A DNA stretch of 64,000 nucleotides from Macrostomum hystrix (lineage: Eukaryota; Animalia; Platyhelminthes), in contig CATNEN010000038.1 in NCBI GenBank assembly GCA_950097015.1, positions 34,844,001-34,908,000 of the forward strand. Direction: 5' to 3'. Made by a program: the position numbers and the translations under genes. The notes beneath the pieces are model-generated. The model had not been told where the DNA came from and made no database searches. It saw only the letters and a list, made by a program, of their open reading frames with translations. Below are positions 36,201 to 46,720 of this stretch, piece by piece (position 1 is the first letter of the stretch; every line of letters begins with the position of its first letter).

Positions 36201-39200
36201 GCCGGGCCCCTACGTCAATTGACAAAGAAGGGCCAGGTCTGGGAGTGGACGGATAAGCACACTGCGGCATTCGAAAGCATTAAAAAAGCAATAGGCGCCG
36301 CGGAAACGCTCGCCTTCTTCGACCGCAGGCGGCAAACCGAGCTCCTAGTGGACGCCTCCCCGGTCGGACTGGGCGCCATCCTCACGCAGAGGCAGCCGGA
36401 CGGCAGCAGCAGACCCGTGGCTTACGCCAGCAGAGCCCTTTCAGCAGTGGAACAGCGTTACGCGCAGATAGAGCGAGAAGCTCTGGCCATCAAATTCGGG
36501 TGCTTGAAGTTTGAACACTACCTAGCCGGAGACCCAGGCTTCACTGTAGTAACAGACCACCGACCACTCGTGCCGCTGTTCAAGCCTGGCTCTCGTCCAC
36601 CGCCACGAATCGAACGGATGGCATTGCGCATCCAGCACCTCCGCTTCCATCTGATTTACCGACCCGGGCCGACCAATCCAGCCGACCTGCTAAGCCGGCA
36701 GCCACTGCCAGAATCAAGGAGGAACGTTGGTGAAGAACTTGACACCGCCTTCGTCAACGCCGTGTCGGCCGGAGCTGTGCCAAAGGGCTTCAGCCTCGCT
36801 CAAGTGCGGGAAGCGTCGCGCACCGACAGCGGCATCCAGGCGGCGCTAAGCGCCATCCGAACCGGTAACTGGAATATCCGCGACCCGGCCCAGCGCTCCT
36901 ACAAGACCGTCAGCAACGAGCTCTCAGAGAGTGACGGCGTCCTGCTAAGGGGCGACCTCATCGTCATCCCGGAGACACTGCGCAGGCCTGTCCTCCAACT
37001 AGCGCACACCGGCCATCTAGGCGCTGACCGAACCCTGAAGCGGCTGCAAACGAAAGTCTGGTGGCCTCGCATGCGCAGCGACTGCGAGAGCTTTGTTCAG
37101 TGCTGCACGCTCTGCCAGGCCGCCTCCACTGGAGCGCGTCAAACGCCTCTTAAACCAACGCAGATCCCAGACGGTGCCTGGCTCACTCTAGGCATGGACT
37201 TCTACGGACCAGTACAGGGCCAGATGCTGCTAGTCATCACAGACCTCTACTCAAAATATCCAGAAGTCAGCTTCCTGAACTCATCGACAGCGGAGAGCGT
37301 GAGCCCGCACCTTCGCCGACTGTTCGGTAGATTCGGCGTCCCTATCGAGGTGGTCACTGACAACGGCCCGCCATTCAATTCAGCCGCTTTCCGCAGCTTC
37401 CTCACCACCTATGGCATTCGACATCGCCTTATCTGCCCGCTCCACCCTGAATCCAATGGAGCGACAGAGCGAGTCAACCGGAGCATTGGAAAAGTCATCC
37501 AGACGGCTGTGGCCGAAGGGCGTAACTGGAAGGAGGCCATCGAGGACTGGCTGCTGGCTTTCCGCACAACACCGCACCGAGCAACCGGCCGCGCACCCGC
37601 TGAACTCCTCATGGGCAGGAAGATGAACGATGGCATCCCGACCACTAAGCCGTCTCAGTCGGTCGAGGTGAATCATGAAGAAGTTCAAGACTGGCACCGG
37701 AATTACGTGCAAGATATGAAATCAAGATTCGATGACCGCAAGGCTGCCCAGGAGCACGGCATCATTGACGGCAGCAAAGTTCTACGAAAGCAGCAACCGC
37801 GCAACAAGCTTCAACTGCCTTTTGAGCCTTCTCCGTGGACTGTCAAGCTGGTCCAGGGAGACACGTGCGTCCTTCAACGCGGCGAACAATCGTGCATGCG
37901 ACACGTCACTCAACTGCGGCCCCTGATAGAGTCCGCCGGCCAGTCCGCCGGCCAGTCTGCCGGCCACTCTGCTGGTCAGTCCGCCGGCCAGTCTGCCGGC
38001 CACTCTGCTGGCCAGTCTGCCGGCCAGTCCGCCGGTCAGTCTGCCGGCCACTCTGCTGGTCAGTCCGCCGGCCAGTCTGCCGGCCACTCTGCTGGTCAGT
38101 CCGCCGGCCAGTCCGCCGGCCAGTCTGCCGGCCAGCCAACCGCTAACCCTAGCGATTGTGTCGCCACACGACAGCATCCCAGGGCTGCGCGTAGCAAAGT
38201 GCTTAGCTACAAACAATAACTCATTTTGCGTGCGGCCGTATTTTCTCAAATGAGTTGCTATGGACTGTCTTGCGTTCTATGGACTTTTTCCGCTAGATTG
38301 TTGCAACAATCCCTTGCTCTAAAGCTTTGCTTTTTTCTCTTTTATCCCCCGGCAATCTCTCTAGTTGGGGAGAAGTGTAGGCGCCAAGTGGGCGCGCGTT
38401 CATTTAGCCGTGTTAGCTGTAGGCCCTGAGTTATATCGTAGTGTGCGTGGAGTTGCGAGCGATTAATGTACATCTGCACCCATCGGCCGCACGTTGCATG
38501 TTCATCACCAAATATCAAATATAATCGATTGCTCAGAGCCTACTTCGCTTTAGGCTTTTTCGTCTACACAAATCATCTCTCGGCTCAGCACTCCTTACAG
38601 GTGGCAGAGCGGTTAACGCGTCTGCCTCTCGCACCAAGGTCCCGAGCTCGATTCAACGGCGAGGCCACAGTTAAATTGGGGCGCAGCCGCGGAGAGAAGG
38701 CTTGGGGACTTGTCGTGCGATTTTTACACCCTTGAGGGCCAATCTCCAAGGCACAGTGAGTGTACACTGCCTGACGATGAGAAAGTCAGGGCAGATGGAC
38801 ACACCTGTGTGAGCGTATGCCTGCGTACGTAGTCTGTGTGCGTGTGTGCTCAGGAGTCAGAAAAATGGGCAGAATTGCCTACTCGCTGACTGTGGGTCTA
38901 GTGTCACCAAGTGATGAGCCATTGCCCACAGTCCTCCTGCAATAATTATGATTATGATTATACATGAGCGGTGGACTTTAAGAGGGCCGTTTTTAACATG
39001 TAAAGTCGCTGTCAAATGCTATAAAGTTCTTAAAATAATATATCAAAAAGTTACTTTTCGAAAAAAATGCTTAACCACTTAAAACATGCACCGTGTATGA
39101 ACGTTTTACACATAGGGGTTAAGAGCTTGAATAAATGGCGAAGCCGTTGGGAAAACGGCAGGAGTAACTATGACCCAAATGTACGTCATGTAATTAGTAC

Positions 39201-42200
39201 GCGGCGTACCGGCAGGTAGTAGGACTCGCATTATCAGCAGCGCTAGACAAATCAGAGCCGACAGTGGCAGAACCCGCCTACGCCAGCTGCGCGCAGCGGC
39301 CGCAGTTTCAAACGGACTGGCGGAGCCGAGCTCCGGCTGGTAGTTTCCTAGAAACAGATCAATCGCATCCTGACGAAAGCCGTCGTAGAAATTGTTCTTG
39401 GCGTAACGGACTAGACTATTATAGCCGTCCATTAGGGCGCCGTATTTAGTTCGCTTGCCGGTGCGAGTGAAATCCGCTTTCAGCGCCCCGGTGCCAGTGT
39501 ACTGCTGGGCCAAAGTGTCCGCATTATCCGCCCACACATTCTTTAGAAAGCGTTCAACATCGTCAGATAGGCGAGCTTCACTAGACGAATCTAGCCAGCC
39601 TAGACTGCGGAATTGTTGCAGTAGGACTCGCCTAGCTAGCATGCCCTGGACTACGTTGGTTCGATCCAGACAGTCGATGCAGTTAACACGGAATACGGAC
39701 TTCTGCTGGAGAGCAACTGCGCCTGGGGTTTGGAAACAGATTGGAAGCGTAGGGAAGATTGTGATATCACTGTGATTGTGATTGGAAGATTGTGATATCA
39801 CTGTGATTGTGACTGGAAGATTGTGATATCACTGTGATTTTGATTGGAAGATTGTGATATCACTGTGATTGTGATTGGAAGATTGTGATATCACTGTGGT
39901 TGTGATTGGAAGATTGTGATATCACTGTGATAGTGATTAGAATATTGTGATATCACTGTGATAGTGATAAGAATATTGTGATATCACTGTGATTGTGATT
40001 AGAAGATTGTGATATCACTGTGGTTGTGATTGGAAGATTGTGATATCACTGTGATTGTGATTGGAAGATTGTGATATCACTGTGATTGTGATTGGAAGAT
40101 TGTGATATCACTGTGATTGTGATTGGAAGATTGTGATATCACTGTGATAGTAATTGGAAGATTGTGATATCAGTGATTGTGATTGGAAGATTGTGATATC
40201 ACTGTGATAGTGATTGGAAGATTGTGATATCACTGTGATAGTGATTAGAATATTGTGATATCACTGTGATAGTGATAAGAATATTGTGATATCACTGTGA
40301 TTGTGATTAGAAGATTGTGATATCACTGTGGTTGTGATTGGAAGATTGTGATATCACTGTGATTGTGATTGGAAGATTGTGATATCACTGTGATTGTGAT
40401 TGGAAGATTGTGATATCACTGTGATTGTGATTGGAAGATTGTGATATCACTGTGATAGTAATTGGAAGATTGTGATATCAGTGATTGTGATTGGAAGATT
40501 GTGATATCACTGTGATAGTGATTGGAAGATTGTGATATCAGTGATTGTGATATCACTGTGATAGTGATTGGAAGATTGTGATATCACTGTGATTGTGATT
40601 GGAAGATTGTGATATCACTGTGATTGTCATTTTTACAGTGAGAATTCGTCTGAAATAAGGAAAAAATCCAGGGATAATTAAATTCCCAATCTGGTACCGT
40701 CGGCTCCAATGTGAAAATATCCCATAGCCCGATGATCCGCATCGGTGCGATCCATCAGCAGGGACAGTCGGTCCCAGCGCATACGGCTGCACTCTCGATG
40801 AAAGTCAAAGTGTTCGTATCGAACCTCGGCAGCACCCAGCACCTCGGGCTGCCCGCAGGCCCGGCCAAAGCTAGAGCACAGCTCAAGCTCGACACCTTTG
40901 CCGTCTAACAAGTTGATGACTATCTGCTTGCCGTACTTGTGCGTAAACACCTGTGCGTGAAGTGAAACATTTAGCAATGAGAACTGACTACTAAGAACAA
41001 GCGGCGAACACAACTGTTTGTCAGCAGCAGATAAGAATCCAGCAAGTAGCTGACAAGAGTCATCTAGTAGCTGACAAGAGTCATCTAGTAGCTCACAAGA
41101 GTCATCTAATAGCTCACAAGAGTCATCTAGTAGCTGACAAGAGTCATCTAGTAGCTGACAAGAGTCATCTAGTAGCTGACAAGAGTCATCTAGTAGCTGA
41201 CAAGAGTCATCTAGTAGCTGACAAGAGTCATCTAGTAGCTGACAAGAGTCATCTAGTAGCTGACAAGAGTCATCTAGTAGCTGACAAGAGTCATCTAGTA
41301 GCTGACAAGAGTCATCTAGTAGCTGACAAGAGTCATCTAGTAGCTGACAAGAGTCATCTAGTAGCTGACAAGAGTCATCTAGTAGCTGACAAGAGTCATC
41401 TAGTAGCTGACAAGAGTCATCTAGTAGCTGACAAGAGTCATCTAGTAGCTGACAAGAGTCATCTAGTAGCTGACAAGAGTCATCTAGTAGCTGACAAGAG
41501 TCATCTAGTAGCTCACAAGAGTCATCTAGTAGCTGACAAGAGTCATCTAGTAGCTGACAAGAGTCATCTAGTAGCTGACAAGAGTCATCTAGTAGCTGAC
41601 AAGAGTCATCTAGTAGCTGACAAGAGTCATCTAGTAGCTGACATTATACTGGGAGACAAGGCTGTCAACTCTCTCATTGCTGCCAAAAGAACTTACCTGA
41701 TCATTGAAATGAGCTGAGATCACAGCGGCCTGTTGCTGCGCATTGCTAGCTAATTCTGGCTTAGGTTTGTACTTCAAATTCGGATATTGCGACCAACTAA
41801 GCGGCACTGAGCCGCGCGTCACAACGAAGCTGAACTTTTGACCCTGGGCCTGCATCAGCTGTTCGGTTTCTACGAAATTGGCCACGCAGCCGAATTCGTC
41901 CGCGCCGCGCATGTAGAAACGGACGCCGGCGCGAAATCGAGAGCGCCGGGATATCAGGGCGTAATCAAAGGCCCTGTCCTGCATGAAAGGTAGTTGGGGT
42001 GAAGTGGGAGATTTCTACTGCCTTTCCAGCCAAATTATAAAGAATGGTACAATTCACAGCAAAGAAACAGACTGGCTGACAGCAAACAGACAGTAGGGTT
42101 GACAGCAAACAGACTGGCTGACAGCAAACAGACAGTAGGGTTGACAGCAAACATACAGCAGGGTTGACAGCAAACATACAGCAGGGTTGACAGCAAACAT

Positions 42201-45200
42201 ACAGCAGGGTTGACAGCAAACATACAGCAGGGTTGACAGCAAACATACAGTAGGGTTGACAGCAAACATACAGCAGGGTTGACAGCAAACATACAGCAGG
42301 GTTGACAGCAAACATACAGTAGGGTTGAGAGCAGACAGTAGGGTTGACAGCAAACAGAAAATATGGTCGACAGCAAACAGAAAGTATGGTTGCCAGCGAA
42401 CAGAGAGTAGGGTTGACTGCAAACAGACAGAATGGTTGACAGCGAACAGACAGAAGGGTTGACAGCAAACAGAAAATATGGTCGACAGCAAACAGAAAGT
42501 ATGGTTGACAGCGAACAGACAGTAGGGTTGACAGCAAACAGACAGAAGGGTTGACAGCGAACAGACAGTAGGGTTGACAGCAAACAGAAAATATGGTTGA
42601 CAGCAAACAGACAGCAGGGTTGACAGCGAACAGACAGCAGGGTTGACAGCGAACAGACAGTAGGGTTGACAGCGAACAGACAGTAGGGTTGACTGCAAAC
42701 AGACAGTAGGGTTGACAGCAAACAGACAGCAGGGTTGACAGCAAACAGACAGCAGGGTTGACAGCAAACAGACAGCAGGGTTGACAGCAAACACACAGTA
42801 GGGTTGAAACCAACTCTTTACCCGATAGACGGAGCTCCAAATGCTAACAAAGCCGTGCATAATGGGCAGAGCGAACCGGGAGAATCCTCTTAGATCGGCC
42901 AGTAATTGATGATTCCACACGAATCTTTCGTCGGCCCGTTCAGCTAGGGCCAGGCCGCGAAATTCCGGACTAGTATCGGCTAGGCGCTGGGCAGAGTGGG
43001 TCATGTCTAAAGAGTACGAATAATAGTAACTAGGCGTGCTCAGAACCTCTCGCATCATAGCCAGGTAGGTTTCATAGTCTGATAGTTGCTGGCCAGTCAT
43101 ATTAGCCGGTTGGCGCTGTTGAAATGGCAGTAAATCGGTGTCGCCAACTCGCCAGACATAGTGGCCCCACAGATTGCCAACTAGAATCCGAGAGCGCACC
43201 GTTAATAGGAGTGGCCCAGCTGGGGCTGGCAGGCGAAGCACGCCCCACAGGCCATAGACAGTTGTGGGCTGGGCGCCGGATGCGGCGGCCAATGATACAA
43301 TAGAACGGTCAGCTGGGCGAATTGGGAATAAATTGAATTAAAACTTCTACATAATTTTTTAAAATTACAATTAAAACTCACTAGTGATTGATATGTCTGT
43401 TGTCTGCCTGTCAATAACAAGAATTTCCTGTCCATCTGTGGGCTGCACAATGAACTTCTCTGGCGTGGAATATCTAAAAAGAAATTTTTAATAGCAAATA
43501 ACATGTTAATCGATATTTTTATTTTCGTTATAAAAGGGGGTCGTAGCCTAGTGGATAGAGAGTTGGACCTAGAACTTAAAGGTTGGGGGTTCGATTCCCT
43601 ACTCCACTGGTAGTTTTTTTCCTTTAGCAAGACACTTAAATCTGCTTTGCTTCAGCTCACCCAGCTGTAAAATGAGTACCAGGAATTTGAGCATGAGTGT
43701 GGGTAGGGTGATGAGGGTAATTGAGGGTGAGTGTGGCATCCCTCAGTTCATGGACTGAACAACTGTATGGAACCTTCAGATGTGCTGCACAATAGTTTTG
43801 CTGTCAGCTGCTTATCTAACCCAATTGGGGCAGGTATATTTCATTATTACTATTATTCTGTTATTATTTGGTTCTAATAGCAACAAAAAAAATTTAGGAC
43901 CTGCACTATGCATGTAGAATATTTTTTATGCATGAATGCAGCACAAATTAGAAGACTATATATACTCTGAACATTGCATTTAATATATATAATATTTTAT
44001 ATAGCATACGATAACTTATAGATATATAAAGGATGCCTATTTTAACTAATGACTAGTTGCTTCAACTACACCAACAAGAGTTTTAATAAAAGTAGCAAAT
44101 GACTGAAAGAAAAAATCTAATTGCCATCTCAATGTACATTTTTTAAAGTGAAATTAGCCTAGCAACATCAACTAAGTACAATCACCTAGACATTGTAATA
44201 TCTAGGTGAAATTATACATGAAATTAGCCCAGGTTAAGGTTTAAAAAATAGGTTGCTTGTGATATATTACTATGCTAGTTGGCAAATAGCAAACAAACCA
44301 ATTTAGCCTAACTTTATTTATTTGAAATTCATTTTCATCTAGAAAATATGTTATGAAGATTTTTTAACTTATTTAAAGTCAAATTGGGTTTGTGTTTATT
44401 GTACAACTTTCTGTATATACTTTAGGGGCCACCATTTTGTTACTAAGCTATTTTTTCAGTGTCAAAGTGGAAAACCAGCTTTAAAAGTTATCAATAAAAG
44501 TATTTGGCAATATTTATGTGGACTTAGTCCTAGCAATTAATTAAAATACAACAATCAAGTGCAATAACTTTAAAGCAAGACCAGGTAGCACAAAAAGTAT
44601 AAACATAACAAAGCCAATAGGCCTAGTATAGGCTAATTGCAGGTGATACAGTGATATAATTATGGTATATAAGTCTTTAATGTTGGTATCCTTTGGTCCA
44701 TTCAATGCCTCTCTCTTTTAATTAAACAAGGTAATAAGCAAGAAGCTTAATTGACAAAAGACTGTGGTAAAAAATTGTGCTTACTAATATGCCAAAAGTG
44801 TATAGAAAATTGTGTACAATAAGTCAGGCTAAATACATACAATGATTGATAGATGTGTGGCTAGCAATATTTGGTTGAAAAAACTAGTTCATAAGAACTA
44901 GTTTCTGCACAGTTCATAAGAAAATTAAAGCAAAAAGCTAAACAAAATAATTTTAATAGGCTAGATATTTCATATAGTGACTAGAATTTTTGGATTGATT
45001 TTTGGCTTTTCTTAGGCTCTATACAAAAGAAAGCAGCCTAATTAGAGCCAGCTTGCTTGATATCATAGAAGACAAATAAAATGGTTAGATGACAATGCTA
45101 ATGCAGCAATTCAATCATAGTAGGCCCCTAGTGGTAGGCCTATGTTCAACTTGTTAAAATTGTATTTTCCTATAATATTAACTCATTAAGCTCCTGTATG

Positions 45201-45373
45201 AGCCTAAGAAAAATCAATAAAAAATCTATATACATTAGACAAATGATGTTTTGTTTGATGTTTACAGGTCAATTGTTAAATGTGGATCGAACAAGGAATA
45301 CTCGAGTCTGTGAACGCAACATTAGTAATAGTTAGCAAAATATGGCTTACAATTGAAGCTGCTCGTAAATCAT
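33272..45373 (-). CDS. SACM1L: Phosphatidylinositol-4-phosphate phosphatase SAC1, 7 coding exons, about 601 aa
   Basis: Exons 45373-45351 (MIYEQLQL), 43473-43382 (YSTPEKF), 43312-42822, 41978-41697 (LISRRSRFRAGVRF..RGAD..ANFVETEQ), 40950-40698, 39722-39210 (catalytic RVNCIDCLDRTNVVQ), 33423-33272 (second TM segment, FVDRPKL, terminal KKQQ ER-retrieval motif). Phases are consistent (total 1806 nt). Confidence 0.93.
33465..33750 (-). mobile_element. tRNA-derived SINE family 1 (internally deleted) with TAG/TAA microsatellite tail
   Basis: Head GGGGGTAAGTGGCAGAGCGG; body homologous to 27516..27836. Confidence 0.75.
33815..34038 (+). repeat. 5' LTR (224 bp)
   Basis: Identical by eye to the 3' LTR. 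Confidence 0.95.
34074..38219 (+). CDS. Gag-Pol polyprotein in a single frame; start codon uncertain
   Basis: Frame is open from 33993. Gag-like PPPEPF..W.QW..RFE, two zinc knuckles, protease IDSGAS, RT (CQDLRDLN, AHDD), RNase H (VDASPVGLGA, TDHRPL), integrase (HHCC, DFYGP, TDNGP, NGATER). Confidence 0.92.
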   Translation: MTANFLSLPPPEPFAISADPHNAGKRWNQWASRFEDFIDASGITNEKQRCKLLSYTAGKEIADIIRENADLTAKAQAGELTLSHTLDALKSHFNARKNVVFARYQFRLSTQAAGESIDAWYARLRTAAEPCEFENLKDSLIRDQLVATCSSDKLRRRLLQEANISLDEALRKARAFEAADEQATEMEKSETHVASVAHGDKVKPDRRGATLTSSRSGDQKQLTCYRCGEKGHATCDAAKGKICRNCGKPNHLALACRQPRQMHSNRTQQQRISTNAVFSSADGSTEEDVFALYDGGDYPADVSLSVQVANRQLPMMIDSGASCSIMSLKTFRTLNLPDLRPTRTEVRAYGVPTPLKIAGVAELHIKVGAAKTTATFHIMDGDGLTILGRQPAFKLGVLKIQRPQISDAQEISAVSDTPSQQSNDPQLDAILHRHKEAFNGIGCIKGVEVKVQLSENAIPVCQAPSRVAAHLKEAVVNELRALEKQDIIEAVKGPSAWVSRMVVVPKTDGGVRICQDLRDLNAFVIPEKQQIPTLEEITEEMANAKIFSELDIRKAFYQIPVHEDSRHYFTFSTPLGLMRLKRLSMGFTNASEILQRIMLGILSDIEGVRWAHDDVVIYASDLKQHHKRLDACLQRLREYGITLNRDKCRFSRPSIEFLGMRLTARGMEPAAEKIEAMQSFRQPENVSDVRSFLGTANFLSKFVPNFAHLAGPLRQLTKKGQVWEWTDKHTAAFESIKKAIGAAETLAFFDRRRQTELLVDASPVGLGAILTQRQPDGSSRPVAYASRALSAVEQRYAQIEREALAIKFGCLKFEHYLAGDPGFTVVTDHRPLVPLFKPGSRPPPRIERMALRIQHLRFHLIYRPGPTNPADLLSRQPLPESRRNVGEELDTAFVNAVSAGAVPKGFSLAQVREASRTDSGIQAALSAIRTGNWNIRDPAQRSYKTVSNELSESDGVLLRGDLIVIPETLRRPVLQLAHTGHLGADRTLKRLQTKVWWPRMRSDCESFVQCCTLCQAASTGARQTPLKPTQIPDGAWLTLGMDFYGPVQGQMLLVITDLYSKYPEVSFLNSSTAESVSPHLRRLFGRFGVPIEVVTDNGPPFNSAAFRSFLTTYGIRHRLICPLHPESNGATERVNRSIGKVIQTAVAEGRNWKEAIEDWLLAFRTTPHRATGRAPAELLMGRKMNDGIPTTKPSQSVEVNHEEVQDWHRNYVQDMKSRFDDRKAAQEHGIIDGSKVLRKQQPRNKLQLPFEPSPWTVKLVQGDTCVLQRGEQSCMRHVTQLRPLIESAGQSAGQSAGHSAGQSAGQSAGHSAGQSAGQSAGQSAGHSAGQSAGQSAGHSAGQSAGQSAGQSAGQPTANPSDCVATRQHPRAARSKVLSYKQ
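37932..38135. repeat. 12-bp coding repeat (SAGQ/SAGH) in the integrase tail
   Basis: About 17 tetrapeptide units, in frame. Confidence 0.9.
38376..38599 (+). repeat. 3' LTR (224 bp)
   Basis: Identical by eye to the 5' LTR; preceded by the polypurine tract. Confidence 0.95.
38600..38962 (+). mobile_element. tRNA-derived SINE family 1, split at its A box by the Gypsy element
   Basis: GGTGGCAGAGCGGTTAACGCG...GAGCTCGATTC..., ATT-type tail; its first bases (GGGTC) remain at about 33805. Confidence 0.85.
39750..40627. repeat. 31-bp intronic minisatellite containing the palindrome GTGATATCAC
   Basis: Fills most of SAC1 intron 5. Confidence 0.95.
41045..41643. repeat. 21-bp intronic minisatellite (AGTAGCTGACAAGAGTCATCT)n
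   Basis: Near-perfect array in SAC1 intron 4. Confidence 0.96.
42065..42807. repeat. 23-bp intronic minisatellite (GGGTTGACAGCAAACAGACAG[C/T]A)n
   Basis: Array in SAC1 intron 3. Confidence 0.94.
43536..43866 (+). mobile_element. tRNA-derived SINE family 2 (Deu/Nin-like core)
   Basis: A box TAGCCTAGTGG, B box GGTTCGATTCC, CCTTTAGCAAGACACTTAA, CACCCAGCTGTAAAATGAGTACC and an ATT tail. Confidence 0.75.
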
Positions 45374-46237
45374 TGTATTGCAGCGCAGAAGAAAAAAACT
45401 ATTATAGACAATCTGTCGCCGTTGAAATTCAGTAAGTCGAAATGTTAGTCCTAAAGTTATCCTCTAGTGTTAGTGCCGTTATATACGTTAAATAAATTTT
45501 TAATCTGTAAAACAGATCGTATATATATCACAGGTAGATCGATCGTTCGATCGACCACAATCGTAGAGCACGTTATCTAGGAAAATTGACGGACTTACCT
45601 TATATGTAGTACTTGTAACATTTTTATTCGCAAAAAGTTAGCTTCTATATTAAAAGAAAAGATATTTTGCAAATATTTAAAATTATTTGTTTAAGTTTCT
45701 ATGTTTTAAGTGCGTACTACTTATTTCGTAGAAAAAATAATAACCTTTTTATTTACACAAAAAGTGGGCATAATTAGCTTCTTAAGTTCTTATATTAATC
45801 AACTGAATTGCTAAGTCGATATAGCAATTAAAAGTTTTCTCATTCTTTTTCCATCTGAGGAATTACCTAGTTTTGACATTAATGAGGTGCCCCAAGCACT
45901 GGCTTAAAACAATAAAAAAACTCTTTAGCTAAATGACATACATCATACATGCACTTTTCATTTTTAGTATAATTGGGATCACTCATTCAGTTATTTGCTA
46001 TGGGTGGATTGTGTATTTTTTAGACCAGCATGTTAAATCATGCATTTGGTTGTAACAGTCCACTTTGATATCAACCACTTTGGTCACAAATTCTAACTAC
46101 TTCTGTAACAGTAACAGCCACTACCAAAGTGACTTTGGTGTGTAAATTATTTTATAAATATACTGATAGGATCTGATTAGGGCCCATCTATTGTTTTTAA
46201 CACAAAAACATAATTTTTAATCCTTATGTGATATGAA

Positions 46238-46720
46238 GGGTCCCAGGTCATTTTGGTGACAAGACATTTCGGTGACAGTCATTTCGGTGACAACTCAAGT
46301 CATTTCAGTGACACAATTAGTCAGATTGGTGACAACTATTTTTGCACCTAAATATGCTAAAAACAGCCTTTCATTTTAACTATGCACACTTATAAAGTAT
46401 TAATTAAATAATGCTATAAGTATTAATAAGAAGCTGCATTGCTCTGATTTAGTCTGGGTTTTACTTTAAATGAGTTAAATTATTAAATTATTTAATAAGT
46501 AGTCAATAGGCCTAGTTTCAATAGTTATTCGTTCCTAATTAAATGTGTATAATAATCATTTTTCAAGTTTTGGATTGACAAGGCGAGTGTAGCTGCTAGA
46601 TCGTGGAAGGCTGTTTTTTCAGCATATTTAGGTGCAAAGATATTTGTCACCGAACTGACCAATTCTGTCACCAAAATGACTGGCACCAAAATGTCTTGTC
46701 ACTGAAATGACCTGGGACCC
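46238..46720. mobile_element. MITE with long inverted termini and a 6-bp target duplication TATGAA
   Basis: TATGAA|GGGTCCCAGGTCATTT ... AAATGACCTGGGACCC|TATGAA; internally repeated CATTTCGGTGAC motif. Confidence 0.85.

Larger units (their letters stand above)
33815..38599 (+). mobile_element. Full-length Ty3/Gypsy LTR retrotransposon (Mag-like) in the last SAC1 intron, antisense to SAC1
   Basis: TG...CA LTRs at 33815..34038 and 38376..38599; GGTGG duplication (33810-14 and 38600-04); TGG-starting primer-binding site at 34040; polypurine tract GGGGAGAAG before the 3' LTR; PR-RT-RH-IN order. Confidence 0.97.

Noticed and set aside
41965-43292. Cys-rich 412/291/253-aa ORFs
   Set aside because: SAC1 exon 3 reading through into the 23-bp intronic satellite.
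43536-43610. tRNA genes at SINE heads (also near 27760-27836 and 38600-38670)
   Set aside because: A/B boxes run into shared non-tRNA bodies and simple-repeat tails, and there is no intact acceptor stem.
45262-45307. Possible SAC1 exon LEYSLFDPHLTID after a 43-nt intron
   Set aside because: Exon 43473-43382 (YSTPEKF...LVIDR) fits SAC1 much better and keeps phase.
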